NCBI GenBank assembly: GCA_963710605.1
Contig: CAVQBA010000001.1
Span: 288,001-352,000 of the forward strand
Direction: 5' to 3'
DNA from: an uncultured cyanobacterium
GTDB taxonomy: Bacteria > Cyanobacteriota > Cyanobacteriia > Cyanobacteriales > Cyanobacteriaceae
Length of the DNA stretch: 64,000 nucleotides
Below the pieces are notes generated by a model. It had not been told where the DNA came from and did not search any database. It saw only the letters and a list, made by a program, of their open reading frames with translations. Positions 54,746 through 64,000 of the stretch are shown piece after piece. The stretch's first letter is position 1, and the number at the start of each line of letters is the position of its first letter. The translations under genes and the position numbers were made by a program.

Positions 54746-56092
54746 TTATAAAATTATTTTTTCCCCTTTAATCGCACAATCGAGTAACTCCATTGGGTGC
54801 ATCACTTTCATCTCTTTTCCTTGCAAAGCTAAATGTTTAGTAATTTGTAAAGCACATCCAGGATTGGGAGAAACAATCATTTTCGCCCCTGTATTCAGCA
54901 AATTATTAACTTTTTGTTGCCCCAAATCGTTAGCAATTTCTGGTTGTAATAAATTATAAACACCAGCACTACCACAACATAAAGCCGCATCAAGAGGCTC
55001 TTTTAATTGTATATTAGGTATTTTCTTCAACAATTGACGAGGTTGAATACTAATTTGTTGCCCGTGAAGTAAATGACAAGCATCTTGATAAACTATATTA
55101 ATCTCATCATCGGTAACTGGTTGTAAATCTGTGGTTAAATTTACTTCGGCTAAAAATTCGTTTACATCTCTAACTTTACTAACGAAGTCTTTTGCTTTTG
55201 ATGAATATTCAGCATCGTCAGCTAAGATGTGATGATATTCTTTAAGAGTATGTCCACAACCTGCGGCGTTAATGATAATGTAGTCCACATCAGTATCAGC
55301 AAAACTATCAATCATTTGACGGGCGAGGTTTTGAGCTTGATTTTCTTGCCCTTGGTGAGCGGGTAAAGCCGAACAACATCCTTGAGTAGGTGGGATAACA
55401 ACTTCACAACCATTAGCGGTTAAAACTCTCACTGTGGCTTCGTTAACCGAATCAAAAAATAATCTTTGCACACATCCGAGTATCATACCTACTTTATATC
55501 TTTGTTTTCCTTGGGCGGGAATCGTATAAGGATATTTTTTACCAATCTTTTTTAAATCGATACGAGGTAAGATAGATTCCATCGAAGCAAGACGAGGAAA
55601 CAATTTTAATAAACCTATTTTTTTAACGATCGTTTGTAATCCTGAAACTTGATATAACCATAATAAAGGCAAAAAGAAACTTAATCGATCGGGATAAGGA
55701 AATAAATTAAAAATAATACTACGTAAAAACTTCTCCCACAAACCACGGGGTTGATTTCGTTCTACTTGAGGGCGAGTTGCCGCAAGAAGTTTGTCATATT
55801 CAACTCCAGAGGGGCAGGTACTTACACAAGCTAAACAACCCAAACAAGTATCAAAATGAGAAACTGTGGTTTCATCTAAAACTGCTTCACCTTTATTGAT
55901 AGCATCCATCAAATAAATTCTACCCCTAGGAGAATCCATTTCTTTGCCAATCACTCTATAGCTAGGGCAGGTTGAAAGACAAAAACCACAATGTACACAT
56001 TGATCTACTAATTCTTGTTTTGGGGGATTTTTGAAATCAAAACCAAGGTTATCTTCAGGTTTTATCTTTGATGAAGTATCAATATTGTTCAT
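54746..56092 (-). CDS. glcF: Glycolate oxidase iron-sulfur subunit
   Basis: CVHCGFCLSTCP, DSPRGR, CLGCLACVSTCP and CCG domains. Confidence 0.92.
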   Translation of the reverse strand: MNNIDTSSKIKPEDNLGFDFKNPPKQELVDQCVHCGFCLSTCPSYRVIGKEMDSPRGRIYLMDAINKGEAVLDETTVSHFDTCLGCLACVSTCPSGVEYDKLLAATRPQVERNQPRGLWEKFLRSIIFNLFPYPDRLSFFLPLLWLYQVSGLQTIVKKIGLLKLFPRLASMESILPRIDLKKIGKKYPYTIPAQGKQRYKVGMILGCVQRLFFDSVNEATVRVLTANGCEVVIPPTQGCCSALPAHQGQENQAQNLARQMIDSFADTDVDYIIINAAGCGHTLKEYHHILADDAEYSSKAKDFVSKVRDVNEFLAEVNLTTDLQPVTDDEINIVYQDACHLLHGQQISIQPRQLLKKIPNIQLKEPLDAALCCGSAGVYNLLQPEIANDLGQQKVNNLLNTGAKMIVSPNPGCALQITKHLALQGKEMKVMHPMELLDCAIKGEKIIL

Positions 56093-56431
56093 GCGGATAT
56101 TAATTTGGTTGGTAGTAAAAATAAGCCATATCTCGTATATACCATAATATCTTAATTATTCGTTGATACTAGGTAATACCGAAGTATCATTATTTTTGAA
56201 CACCAAAACCACCTCGCAATAAATTGACAAGGCTAACAGAATTCGTTTAATAAATTAAACTAAAATTTTAAATCTTTCAAACATAAAATTAAAAAATATC
56301 TATGATCAATAACGCTCAAAGTGTTATAACCGCAGAGTACGCAGAGAAACGCAGAGAGATTAATTTGTTTGTGTCTATGTCGATTAAGATTGAAGTTGAG
56401 TCAAGTGTTTGAAATTATTAATTCTCAATTG

Positions 56432-58224
56432 TCAATTGTCAATTGTTTTCAACCATTCATTAATACCATCAGAAATAGTAACGGCTAATCGTTGTTGGGC
56501 TTGTGGATTTGTAATCCATTCAAACTCTTCAGGATTAATCATAAAACCTAACTCCAACAAAACAAGAGGAGTCGTATGAGGGCGAGTTAGTGCCAAATTA
56601 TTCCAAAACACACCATAAGAATCTCGATCGAGTTTTTCGGTAAGATAGTTGTGCATAAATACAGCCACATCGTGAGATTGGGTATTGTACCAAAAAGTAC
56701 TGATTCCTTTAGTATTGATCGCATCGCCACCATCGGGAAGAGCATTATAATGAATCGAAAAAGCAAGAGTTGGTTTTATCTTATTAATCATATCTTGTCG
56801 ATCGCCCAAAGAAACAAATTTATCGGTTTCACGGGTTAGATAAACCGTTGCCCCTTTTTTTCTTAACTCTTGTGCCAACAATTTCGATATTACTAGATTA
56901 ACATCTTTTTCAGGATAACCTGTAGGCCCAATGCACCTGATTCATCGCCACCATGACCTGGATCGAGTAAAATACTAATACCTTGTAAACTGTTACCTGA
57001 TACTGGTTGAGGACTATGGTTGAAAGTTAAAATTAAACTGTTACCCTCATAACGCACATCATAACCCCATTGTTGAGCCGATTTGAAATGGAAAGTATAA
57101 TCGATACGAGTAGGAGTAGTTTGATACCAGTCTAAACGTTTAACGATCGGGTTATCATCTAAACGAATTGTATCAGTTTGAGCGATCGTGTTATGTAATG
57201 ATAATGTAAAACTTTGCTCGTCTTGTCTGACAGTAATCGGTACGGGATTGGTTAAAGGAAAAATAACCTCAGTACGATCGCTGACTTGTCTTGATGTTAC
57301 ACTACGAATCATACCAATTGGCGGTGTATTTGTTGGTAATACTTTTGTTTCTGATTTTTTAATCCAACCACCATAATCTAACCTCAACCATTCCCCTTCA
57401 GTCCCCGTTACAGAAGCTCTTGTTCCTTTAGGTAAGGGAGTAAGTCGAGAGTAAGTTGTACTTGCTCCTGTCCGAGCTACACCGCTATCTGCGGTTACTT
57501 CAATTACTTGTAGCTGTTGTGGATTGAGAATATTAATTGTGCCTTGAGTTTTTTCTCTGATGGTTTTACCTTGCTGATTCATGGTCAAAAAAGGTTGCAA
57601 GTTACTTACTTCTTGCTCAAATATCGTACAACCTGATACTTTCATTGACGATCGATTTTCTGATTGTTGAGGTTGATTTTGAGAGATTAAAATTGAGGAA
57701 TTTGGCGGTAAATCAACAGGTTGTATTTCTGGAGATAAGGGTATGGTTTGATTACCAATACTTACTGAAGTGAGAGCGTCTTTAGGTGTTGTGGTGCTAA
57801 AACAAACAAATTCGTGAGGAAGACGACTAATGTCTTGATTGGGGGTAATTAAATCTGGAGATAAATTATTAATGTCTTGTATTGCTGGTTGGTTAGTTTT
57901 TCTGGTAATTGTACGTTTAATTTCTTGGTTGCCGTAACGAATAACTACATTATTGCTACCTATTTGTAGAGGGATAGAAGGAGCAAAATTACCTTGAGTC
58001 GATCGATTTATTTGTTGTCCATTGATAGTAACATTACCATTTGATGGTGCTGAGCCAATAATAAATATTTTATCTGATGTCGTTTGATGATTAGCTGGTG
58101 GATAAACTACTTTTAATGATTGTGCATTAGCCACCTGTGTTATTAAACTCAAACCTAAACTACCGACAAACAAACATCCCCAATCAGTTTTATTCATTAT
58201 TTCTCTTTTAAGACGATCGATCAA
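56432..58224 (-). CDS. N-acetylmuramoyl-L-alanine amidase (single-base frameshift near 56925)
   Basis: LDPGHGG; GP|TGYPEKDVNL restored by a frame change; SIHYNA and LLELGFM; start uncertain. Confidence 0.9.
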
Positions 58225-58393
58225 AATTGATTATAGCTCAAAACAGAATTTACCTATGGACTAATTGTAGTCTAGAGCAATTTCACGAGAATTACTTTTT
58301 TAATTAATAATTGGAATTAATCACCAAAATTAGCATAAATAGATTTAGGTAAAGGTTAAACACGATTCAACCCACAACACCATTTAATTTAAA

Positions 58394-59182
58394 TCATTGT
58401 TCAACAGCTATTTTTTGCCTCGAACTAACAACATTGAGATCAGAATATTCAGTACCACAAAAGCGATCCCAAAAAGTAAAATATAATCCATAATTTACCT
58501 TGTATTGATGGTGGTGAGTCGTATGATGTTTCGAACCGATCGACCATTTTCTCAACCAATGTGAAGAATCACCCAAAACTTCTAACCCCAAATGAGTCCA
58601 AACCGAACTTACTGTCATCGTCAAAAGTAAGCTAATTAAAGTCAAAAAATGTAGGGGAATAATAAAAACTATACAACAAAAGAAGAACGCTTGTATAAAA
58701 GCCTCTGGTAAATCAAAAGCGAAAGATGTCCAAGGTGTGGGAGTAGTTGAACGATGATGACCGCTATGTATCCATTTGAATAGTGACGGATGGTGAAATA
58801 AGCGATGGAGAAAATAGAAGTAGGTATCCTGAAGAATAAGCACGACAATAAAACTTACCCCTAAATACCATAATGGATAATGATTCAAATCGGTATAAAG
58901 TACAGTTTTGTGTGAATCGTATTGTGTCATGATAAAAGCCGCCCCTAATGCAAACACAATCCCTGAAAGAATGGACATTTTAATGTCTCGATAAATTGAT
59001 TTATGGAGAATAGCTTTTTCTTTCTTCGTCGAACTATGTTTTTTTCGCAAACTACGAGGAGTCGAAAACTGATTCAAAGCCACGTAAAAAAGCCAATAAG
59101 TTCCACCTGCAACTATAAAATAGCGAACAAGAATAATGAAAAATAAAGCAAACAAGTAAAAGCCAAATGAGTGATAATTCAA
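58394..59182 (-). CDS. Sterol desaturase/fatty acid hydroxylase family protein
   Basis: His boxes HRLFH, HSGHH and HHTTHH; NYGLYF. Confidence 0.92.
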   Translation of the reverse strand: MNYHSFGFYLFALFFIILVRYFIVAGGTYWLFYVALNQFSTPRSLRKKHSSTKKEKAILHKSIYRDIKMSILSGIVFALGAAFIMTQYDSHKTVLYTDLNHYPLWYLGVSFIVVLILQDTYFYFLHRLFHHPSLFKWIHSGHHRSTTPTPWTSFAFDLPEAFIQAFFFCCIVFIIPLHFLTLISLLLTMTVSSVWTHLGLEVLGDSSHWLRKWSIGSKHHTTHHHQYKVNYGLYFTFWDRFCGTEYSDLNVVSSRQKIAVEQ

Positions 59183-59438
59183 ATTAATGTTCCTTAATCT
59201 AAGGGGAAATAAATGAGGCTGAAAAAGTTAGGGTAGCCAATCTTTATTATGAAATAATTTTACTTCGATCGTCAATTTTTATTTAACCTCACCCCCAACC
59301 CCTCTCCTACGAAGAGAGGAGAGTTTTAAAAAACTTATAGTAATCGCTCGTGGTATTTTTGTTAGTAGAAATCAGCTCAGTTAAGTGAATTAATGACGAT
59401 CTTATACGATCAGATATTTTGATTTGTTTATGTATGCC

Positions 59439-60275
59439 GTAGGGGTTGAACATTGTTCAACCCTTATCTTTATCAACGTTGAGATTAATTTAATTCTGAA
59501 ATTTTAAGGTTTTTGATAAAACATCAATAATCGAGGTCGATCGTTCAATTAATACCGTTATTATAATAATTAAGACGATCGTAAAAATTAGTATTTTGAT
59601 CTTGATAATGTGAACAAAAAACGTCGCTCGATTCGCTTAAAAAATTATGATTATAGTCAACAAGGAGCTTATTTTTTAACTATTTGTACTAAAAATAAAC
59701 AATGCTTGTTTGGAGATATCAAAGAGGATAAAATACGATTAAATCGTTTAGGTGCGATCGTTTGTGAATGTTGGCAAGTAATCCCCGAACATTTTTCTCA
59801 TGTTGAATTAGATACTTTTGTAATCATGCCTAATCATATTCATGGAATTTTATGGATTGCAAAATCAGTATCTGATGAGTATCAATCATCGGCTCAATAT
59901 CAGAAAGTTATCAAAGGTTCGATTCCGACTATTGTACGATCGTTTAAAAGTGTAGTGACCAAACAAATTAATCAAATATGTCAACAAAAAGGAACGTCTT
60001 TAATTTGGCAAAGAAATTATTACGAAAAGATAATTAGAGATGAAAAAATGCTCGATAATATTCGTGAGTATATCATTAATAATCCAGCAAATTGGAAACT
60101 GGATGATGATTATTCTGCATCAAAAGAAATTTTATTGGATTTACCTTTTTAATATTAATGATTTAAAGGGTAATAAATGATAAAGGGCAAAATAATAAAG
60201 GGCAGAATAATATTCTGCCCCTACAGTAAAATACGTTTTATTTTTAATTCGTAGGGGTTGAACACTGTTCAACCC
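59439..60275. mobile_element. RAYT locus with flanking REP palindromes (59439-59464, 60199-60224, 60251-60275)
   Basis: GTAGGGGTTGAACAYTGTTCAACCC on both sides; AGGGCAGAATAATATTCTGCCCCTAC. Confidence 0.85.
59610..60152 (+). CDS. REP-associated tyrosine (HUH/Y1) transposase
   Basis: RRSIRL..YDYSQ.GAYFLTICT, MPNHIHGI, WQRNYYE and YIINNP. Confidence 0.93.
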   Translation: MNKKRRSIRLKNYDYSQQGAYFLTICTKNKQCLFGDIKEDKIRLNRLGAIVCECWQVIPEHFSHVELDTFVIMPNHIHGILWIAKSVSDEYQSSAQYQKVIKGSIPTIVRSFKSVVTKQINQICQQKGTSLIWQRNYYEKIIRDEKMLDNIREYIINNPANWKLDDDYSASKEILLDLPF

Positions 60276-60308
60276 ATTAAAGTCGTTCAAACCAACAAAC
60301 AACCAAGT

Positions 60309-60836
60309 TCATTTCTTATCTTGTGGAAAATGACGTACAATCTGGACAATTCGAGCGAATTGTTGCTCATCAACACAGAACTTTTTAGGAATAATGAAAA
60401 AAGTAGCAGGAGTATTGAATATCAATAATAAATTCTTACTCAATACATATTTATGAATTATTTGTATTTTTGTTTCAGAGATAATAGTTCTTTCTAAGGT
60501 ACTTTTTTCTAGAGTAGTTTTATCTATAATGACATTGTCATCAATATACATTTCAGCTTCACCTTTAAACATTGGTTGTTTTTCAAACAAATTCTTACAA
60601 CTAAAAGGTAAAATACTCCATTCGTAAAATAGGTATGCTAAAGATAAAAGTGATAGAAAAATACCAATTAGATCCAATATTCCTAATATTATCTTGCTCC
60701 ACACAAAAGTAAAAATAATACAGAAGCAAATACCAAAAAAAAATCTATTAAACCAACAGAATTTTGTATTTTGATAAGCGATTCTACTAGCTTCAAGATA
60801 AAGAGGATATGTGTAATGTACTGTTATTTTTTCCAT
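60309..60836 (-). CDS. YcxB-like membrane protein
   Basis: Two TM helices; C-terminal FFIIPKKF. Confidence 0.65.
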   Translation of the reverse strand: MEKITVHYTYPLYLEASRIAYQNTKFCWFNRFFFGICFCIIFTFVWSKIILGILDLIGIFLSLLSLAYLFYEWSILPFSCKNLFEKQPMFKGEAEMYIDDNVIIDKTTLEKSTLERTIISETKIQIIHKYVLSKNLLLIFNTPATFFIIPKKFCVDEQQFARIVQIVRHFPQDKK

Positions 60837-60922
60837 AAATTTTTCATTAACATAAAAAAGGTGAGCATATAATAGCCCACCTCAATCATAAAATATGTTT
60901 AATTAATAAAAACTAACAGAAA

Positions 60923-63900
60923 TTACACAGTAGTCAACTCCTTAGTCGCTTTCGCTTCAGGATTATCAGCTTCAGAAGGAGGTACAACTTGCCAGAATTG
61001 AGGTAAATAATCTGTCCAATTATCTAAAATCAATTGACCTTTTTTACTACCTGTTTTTTCAACATGAGTGGTAATCAATTCTTTTAATTGTGCTTCGCCT
61101 TCTTTACTACCAATTCGTTGAACTTTGACAATTTCAGGATTAACTTTAGGTTCAAAATTGCCTTCTTCATCTAAAAAGTAACCCAAACCACCTGTCATAC
61201 CAGCACCAACATTACGCCCAACACTACCTAAAACGACGACTAAACCGCCTGTCATGTATTCACAACAATGATCGCCCGCACCTTCTATTACGGCTGTAGC
61301 GTTAGAATTACGGACGGCAAAACGTTCTCCCGCACGTCCATTGGCAAATAAATAACCACCAGTCGCACCATATAAACAAGTGTTACCAATAATGACATTC
61401 TCACTGGCTTCATAGGTTACTTCGCTAGGAGGTACGATGACTATTTCACCACCATTAATACCTTTACCGACGTAGTCATTGGCTTCACCTTCAAGATGAA
61501 TATTCATTCCTTGAATATTTAAAGCACCAAAACTTTGACCTGCCGAGCCAGTAAATTTGAGGTTTAGTTGACCGTTGAAGCCTTTATTACCATATTTTTT
61601 AGCAATAACACCTGCAATTCTAGCCCCTACCGATCGATCTGTACTTACCATCTGGATTTCTTTGGTTATTGTACCTTGATTATCGATCGCTTCAACTAAA
61701 GCAGAATCAGCTAAAATTTCATCATCCAAAACATAATTGTTACTATGAGCATCTTCATGATTTAACCAATCACGATCGTTTTTCACGTCAGGTAAATTAG
61801 TCAAACAATCCAAGACTAAACCTTCAGTTTTAGCTAAAGTAGCCGACTCACGGTAATGTAATAAGTCACCACGTCCGATTAAATCGTTTAGACTACGGTA
61901 ACCTAATTTAGCCATAATCGATCGAACTTCTTCAGCAATAAAGTAGAAGAAATTAACCACATCACCCGGTACGCCAGAAAAACGTTTGCGTAAACGCTCT
62001 TGTTGAGTGGCAACACCGACAGGGCATTGATTGGTATGACAAACACGAGCCATAATACAACCTTCGGCAATCATAGCAATACTACCAAAACCAAACTCTT
62101 CAGCACCCATTAAAGCCGCCATAATTACATCCCAACCAGTTTTTAAACCACCGTCGGCACGGAGTAAAACTCGATCGCGTAAATTATTATTCATTAAAGT
62201 ACGATGAACTTCAGTCAAACCTAATTCCCAAGGGCAACCAGCGTGTTTGATCGAACTTAAAGGAGATGCACCCGTACCGCCATCGTGACCAGATATTTGA
62301 ATTACGTCTGCATTCGCTTTAGCTACACCTGCGGCGATCGTACCAATACCAATTTCAGAAACTAATTTAACCGATACTTTAGCACTTGGATTGATTTGAT
62401 GTAAATCGTGAATTAATTGAGCCAAATCTTCGATCGAATAAATATCGTGATGAGGAGGAGGAGAAATAAGCGTAACTCCTGGTTTAGAAAGACGAAGTTT
62501 AGCGATATATTCACTAACTTTTTTACCTGGTAATTGTCCGCCTTCACCGGGTTTTGCTCCTTGTGCCATTTTGATTTCTAGCTGTTTGGCACTCATTAAA
62601 TATTCAGGTGTTACACCAAAACGTCCAGACGCAATTTGTTTGATGGCACTTGTCGCTCGATCGCCTTTTTTTAGACCACTTAAATGAGCGAATAAAGTAC
62701 TTTTACCTTCATCATTAACATCATTAATTACATGATAGCGGTTTGGATCTTCTCCGCCTTCACCAGAGTTTGATTTACCACCCATCCGATTCATCGCAAT
62801 AGCAAGAGTTTCGTGGGCTTCTTGGCTTAATGCACCTAAGGACATCCCCCCAGTACAAAAACGTTTGACAATATCCTCGATCGACTCCACATCATTAATA
62901 GAGAGTGATTCTCGATCGCCTGTAAACTCAAGTAAATCTCTCAAGGCAGTTGCAGGACGCTCTTTAAGATATTGACGATAAAACTCATAATGATCGTATC
63001 CTTCATCTTTGCCGTAAGCCGCTACTGCTTTATGTAAAGACTTCGCCATCTCAGGAGAATTCATATGATACTCACCACCTTTTTTATAGTTAAAGTAACC
63101 ATAGTTGGTGAGTTTTTTACCTTCTAACTCTGGGAATGCGTTTTGGTGAAAAGAAACTATTTCGTTCGCTACTTGAGTAAGAGTCAATCCACCGACACGA
63201 CTAGTTGTGCCTTTGAATGCTAATTCAATTACATCCGCACCTAAACCAATACATTCAAAAATTTGTGCACCGTGATAAGAAGCTAATAAAGAGATACCCA
63301 TTTTCGATAAGATTTTGAGTAATCCTGCTTCTACGGATTTACGATAATTATTTAAAGCTTCGGTTTCGCTAATGGCAGGAATTTTTTCGTTTTCCATCAG
63401 TTTTTGGGTTTTACTGTCATTCCACCAACTAGAAACGGTATTTAAAGTGAGGTAAGGGCAAACAGCAGAAGCACCAAAACCAATCAAACAAGCGTAGTGA
63501 TGAGTACTCCAACATTGAGCAGTATCGGCAATTAAAGAGGTTTTTAGTCTTAAGCCAACTTTAATTAAATGTTGATGCACTGCACCCATAGCGAGTAAAG
63601 GAGGTATATAAGAATATTCGTTACTGATTTCTTCACCATCTTCAGCATTACCTTTAGCTAAAGGAGAGCGATCGCTTAAAACAAGAATTTGACAATCGTT
63701 TTCTACAGCTTCGGTAGCTTCGGTACAAAGTCTTTCTAAAGCTGATTTTAAACCATCGGGGCCTTCACTGATGGGGAAGAAACAAGCTAATTCTTTTACT
63801 TTAAATTCGCTCGATTCTTGAATTTCTTCTAAGTCTGCATTAGATAACACAGGTGATTCTAATACTAAGGTATGGGCTGATTCTGGTTGAATATGTAATA

Positions 63901-64000
63901 CATTACCACGACTACCTAAGTGCATTCTCAACGACATTACCAAACTTTCTCTGAAGAGGATCGATCGGTGGATTGGTAACTTGAGCAAAACGTTGTTTAA
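60923..64000 (-). CDS. gltB: Glutamate synthase large subunit (ferredoxin-dependent type likely), 5' part outside window; indel near 63954
   Basis: [52 protein letters not shown] and GXGXG domain. Confidence 0.95.
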   Translation of the reverse strand, partial: LNNVLLKLPIHRSILFRESLVMSLRMHLGSRGNVLHIQPESAHTLVLESPVLSNADLEEIQESSEFKVKELACFFPISEGPDGLKSALERLCTEATEAVENDCQILVLSDRSPLAKGNAEDGEEISNEYSYIPPLLAMGAVHQHLIKVGLRLKTSLIADTAQCWSTHHYACLIGFGASAVCPYLTLNTVSSWWNDSKTQKLMENEKIPAISETEALNNYRKSVEAGLLKILSKMGISLLASYHGAQIFECIGLGADVIELAFKGTTSRVGGLTLTQVANEIVSFHQNAFPELEGKKLTNYGYFNYKKGGEYHMNSPEMAKSLHKAVAAYGKDEGYDHYEFYRQYLKERPATALRDLLEFTGDRESLSINDVESIEDIVKRFCTGGMSLGALSQEAHETLAIAMNRMGGKSNSGEGGEDPNRYHVINDVNDEGKSTLFAHLSGLKKGDRATSAIKQIASGRFGVTPEYLMSAKQLEIKMAQGAKPGEGGQLPGKKVSEYIAKLRLSKPGVTLISPPPHHDIYSIEDLAQLIHDLHQINPSAKVSVKLVSEIGIGTIAAGVAKANADVIQISGHDGGTGASPLSSIKHAGCPWELGLTEVHRTLMNNNLRDRVLLRADGGLKTGWDVIMAALMGAEEFGFGSIAMIAEGCIMARVCHTNQCPVGVATQQERLRKRFSGVPGDVVNFFYFIAEEVRSIMAKLGYRSLNDLIGRGDLLHYRESATLAKTEGLVLDCLTNLPDVKNDRDWLNHEDAHSNNYVLDDEILADSALVEAIDNQGTITKEIQMVSTDRSVGARIAGVIAKKYGNKGFNGQLNLKFTGSAGQSFGALNIQGMNIHLEGEANDYVGKGINGGEIVIVPPSEVTYEASENVIIGNTCLYGATGGYLFANGRAGERFAVRNSNATAVIEGAGDHCCEYMTGGLVVVLGSVGRNVGAGMTGGLGYFLDEEGNFEPKVNPEIVKVQRIGSKEGEAQLKELITTHVEKTGSKKGQLILDNWTDYLPQFWQVVPPSEADNPEAKATKELTTV

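Overview
AT-rich cyanobacterial chromosomal window (abundant CGATCG/HIP1-type palindromes; Cyanobacterium/Geminocystis-like is an inference). From 2 to 20 kb, just after tRNA-Arg(UCU), lies a type III-B-variant CRISPR-Cas locus. It has cmr2/cas10, cmr3, cmr4, cmr5, a cmr6-cmr1 fusion and a CARF-HEPN (Csm6-like) effector, with csx18-cas1-cas2 divergent, a 37-repeat array and a WYL regulator; no cas6 or cas4 is visible. The most unusual parts are distal to the effector operon. One is a 471-aa protein with N-formylglutamate amidohydrolase-like (Zn hydrolase) motifs, present as one intact copy and one MITE-disrupted copy overlapping the CARF-HEPN stop. The other is an orphan CRISPR leader plus a single variant repeat upstream of a DUF2243 membrane gene. 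The middle is housekeeping (era, cobB, apt, guaB3, NtcA-controlled urtA, 7TM-HD hydrolase, carB). From 42.4 to 54.5 kb is an accessory stretch of small orphan genes and intact or decayed toxin-antitoxin modules delimited by REP and CGATCG-anchored repeats, followed by an XRE gene with two coiled-coil genes and an LRV-repeat/NuiA-like protein. The end has glcF, an amidase, a REP-associated tyrosine transposase and the 3' part of glutamate synthase. Single-base indels in several conserved genes point to assembly errors. All family calls are from motif recognition; no searches were run.
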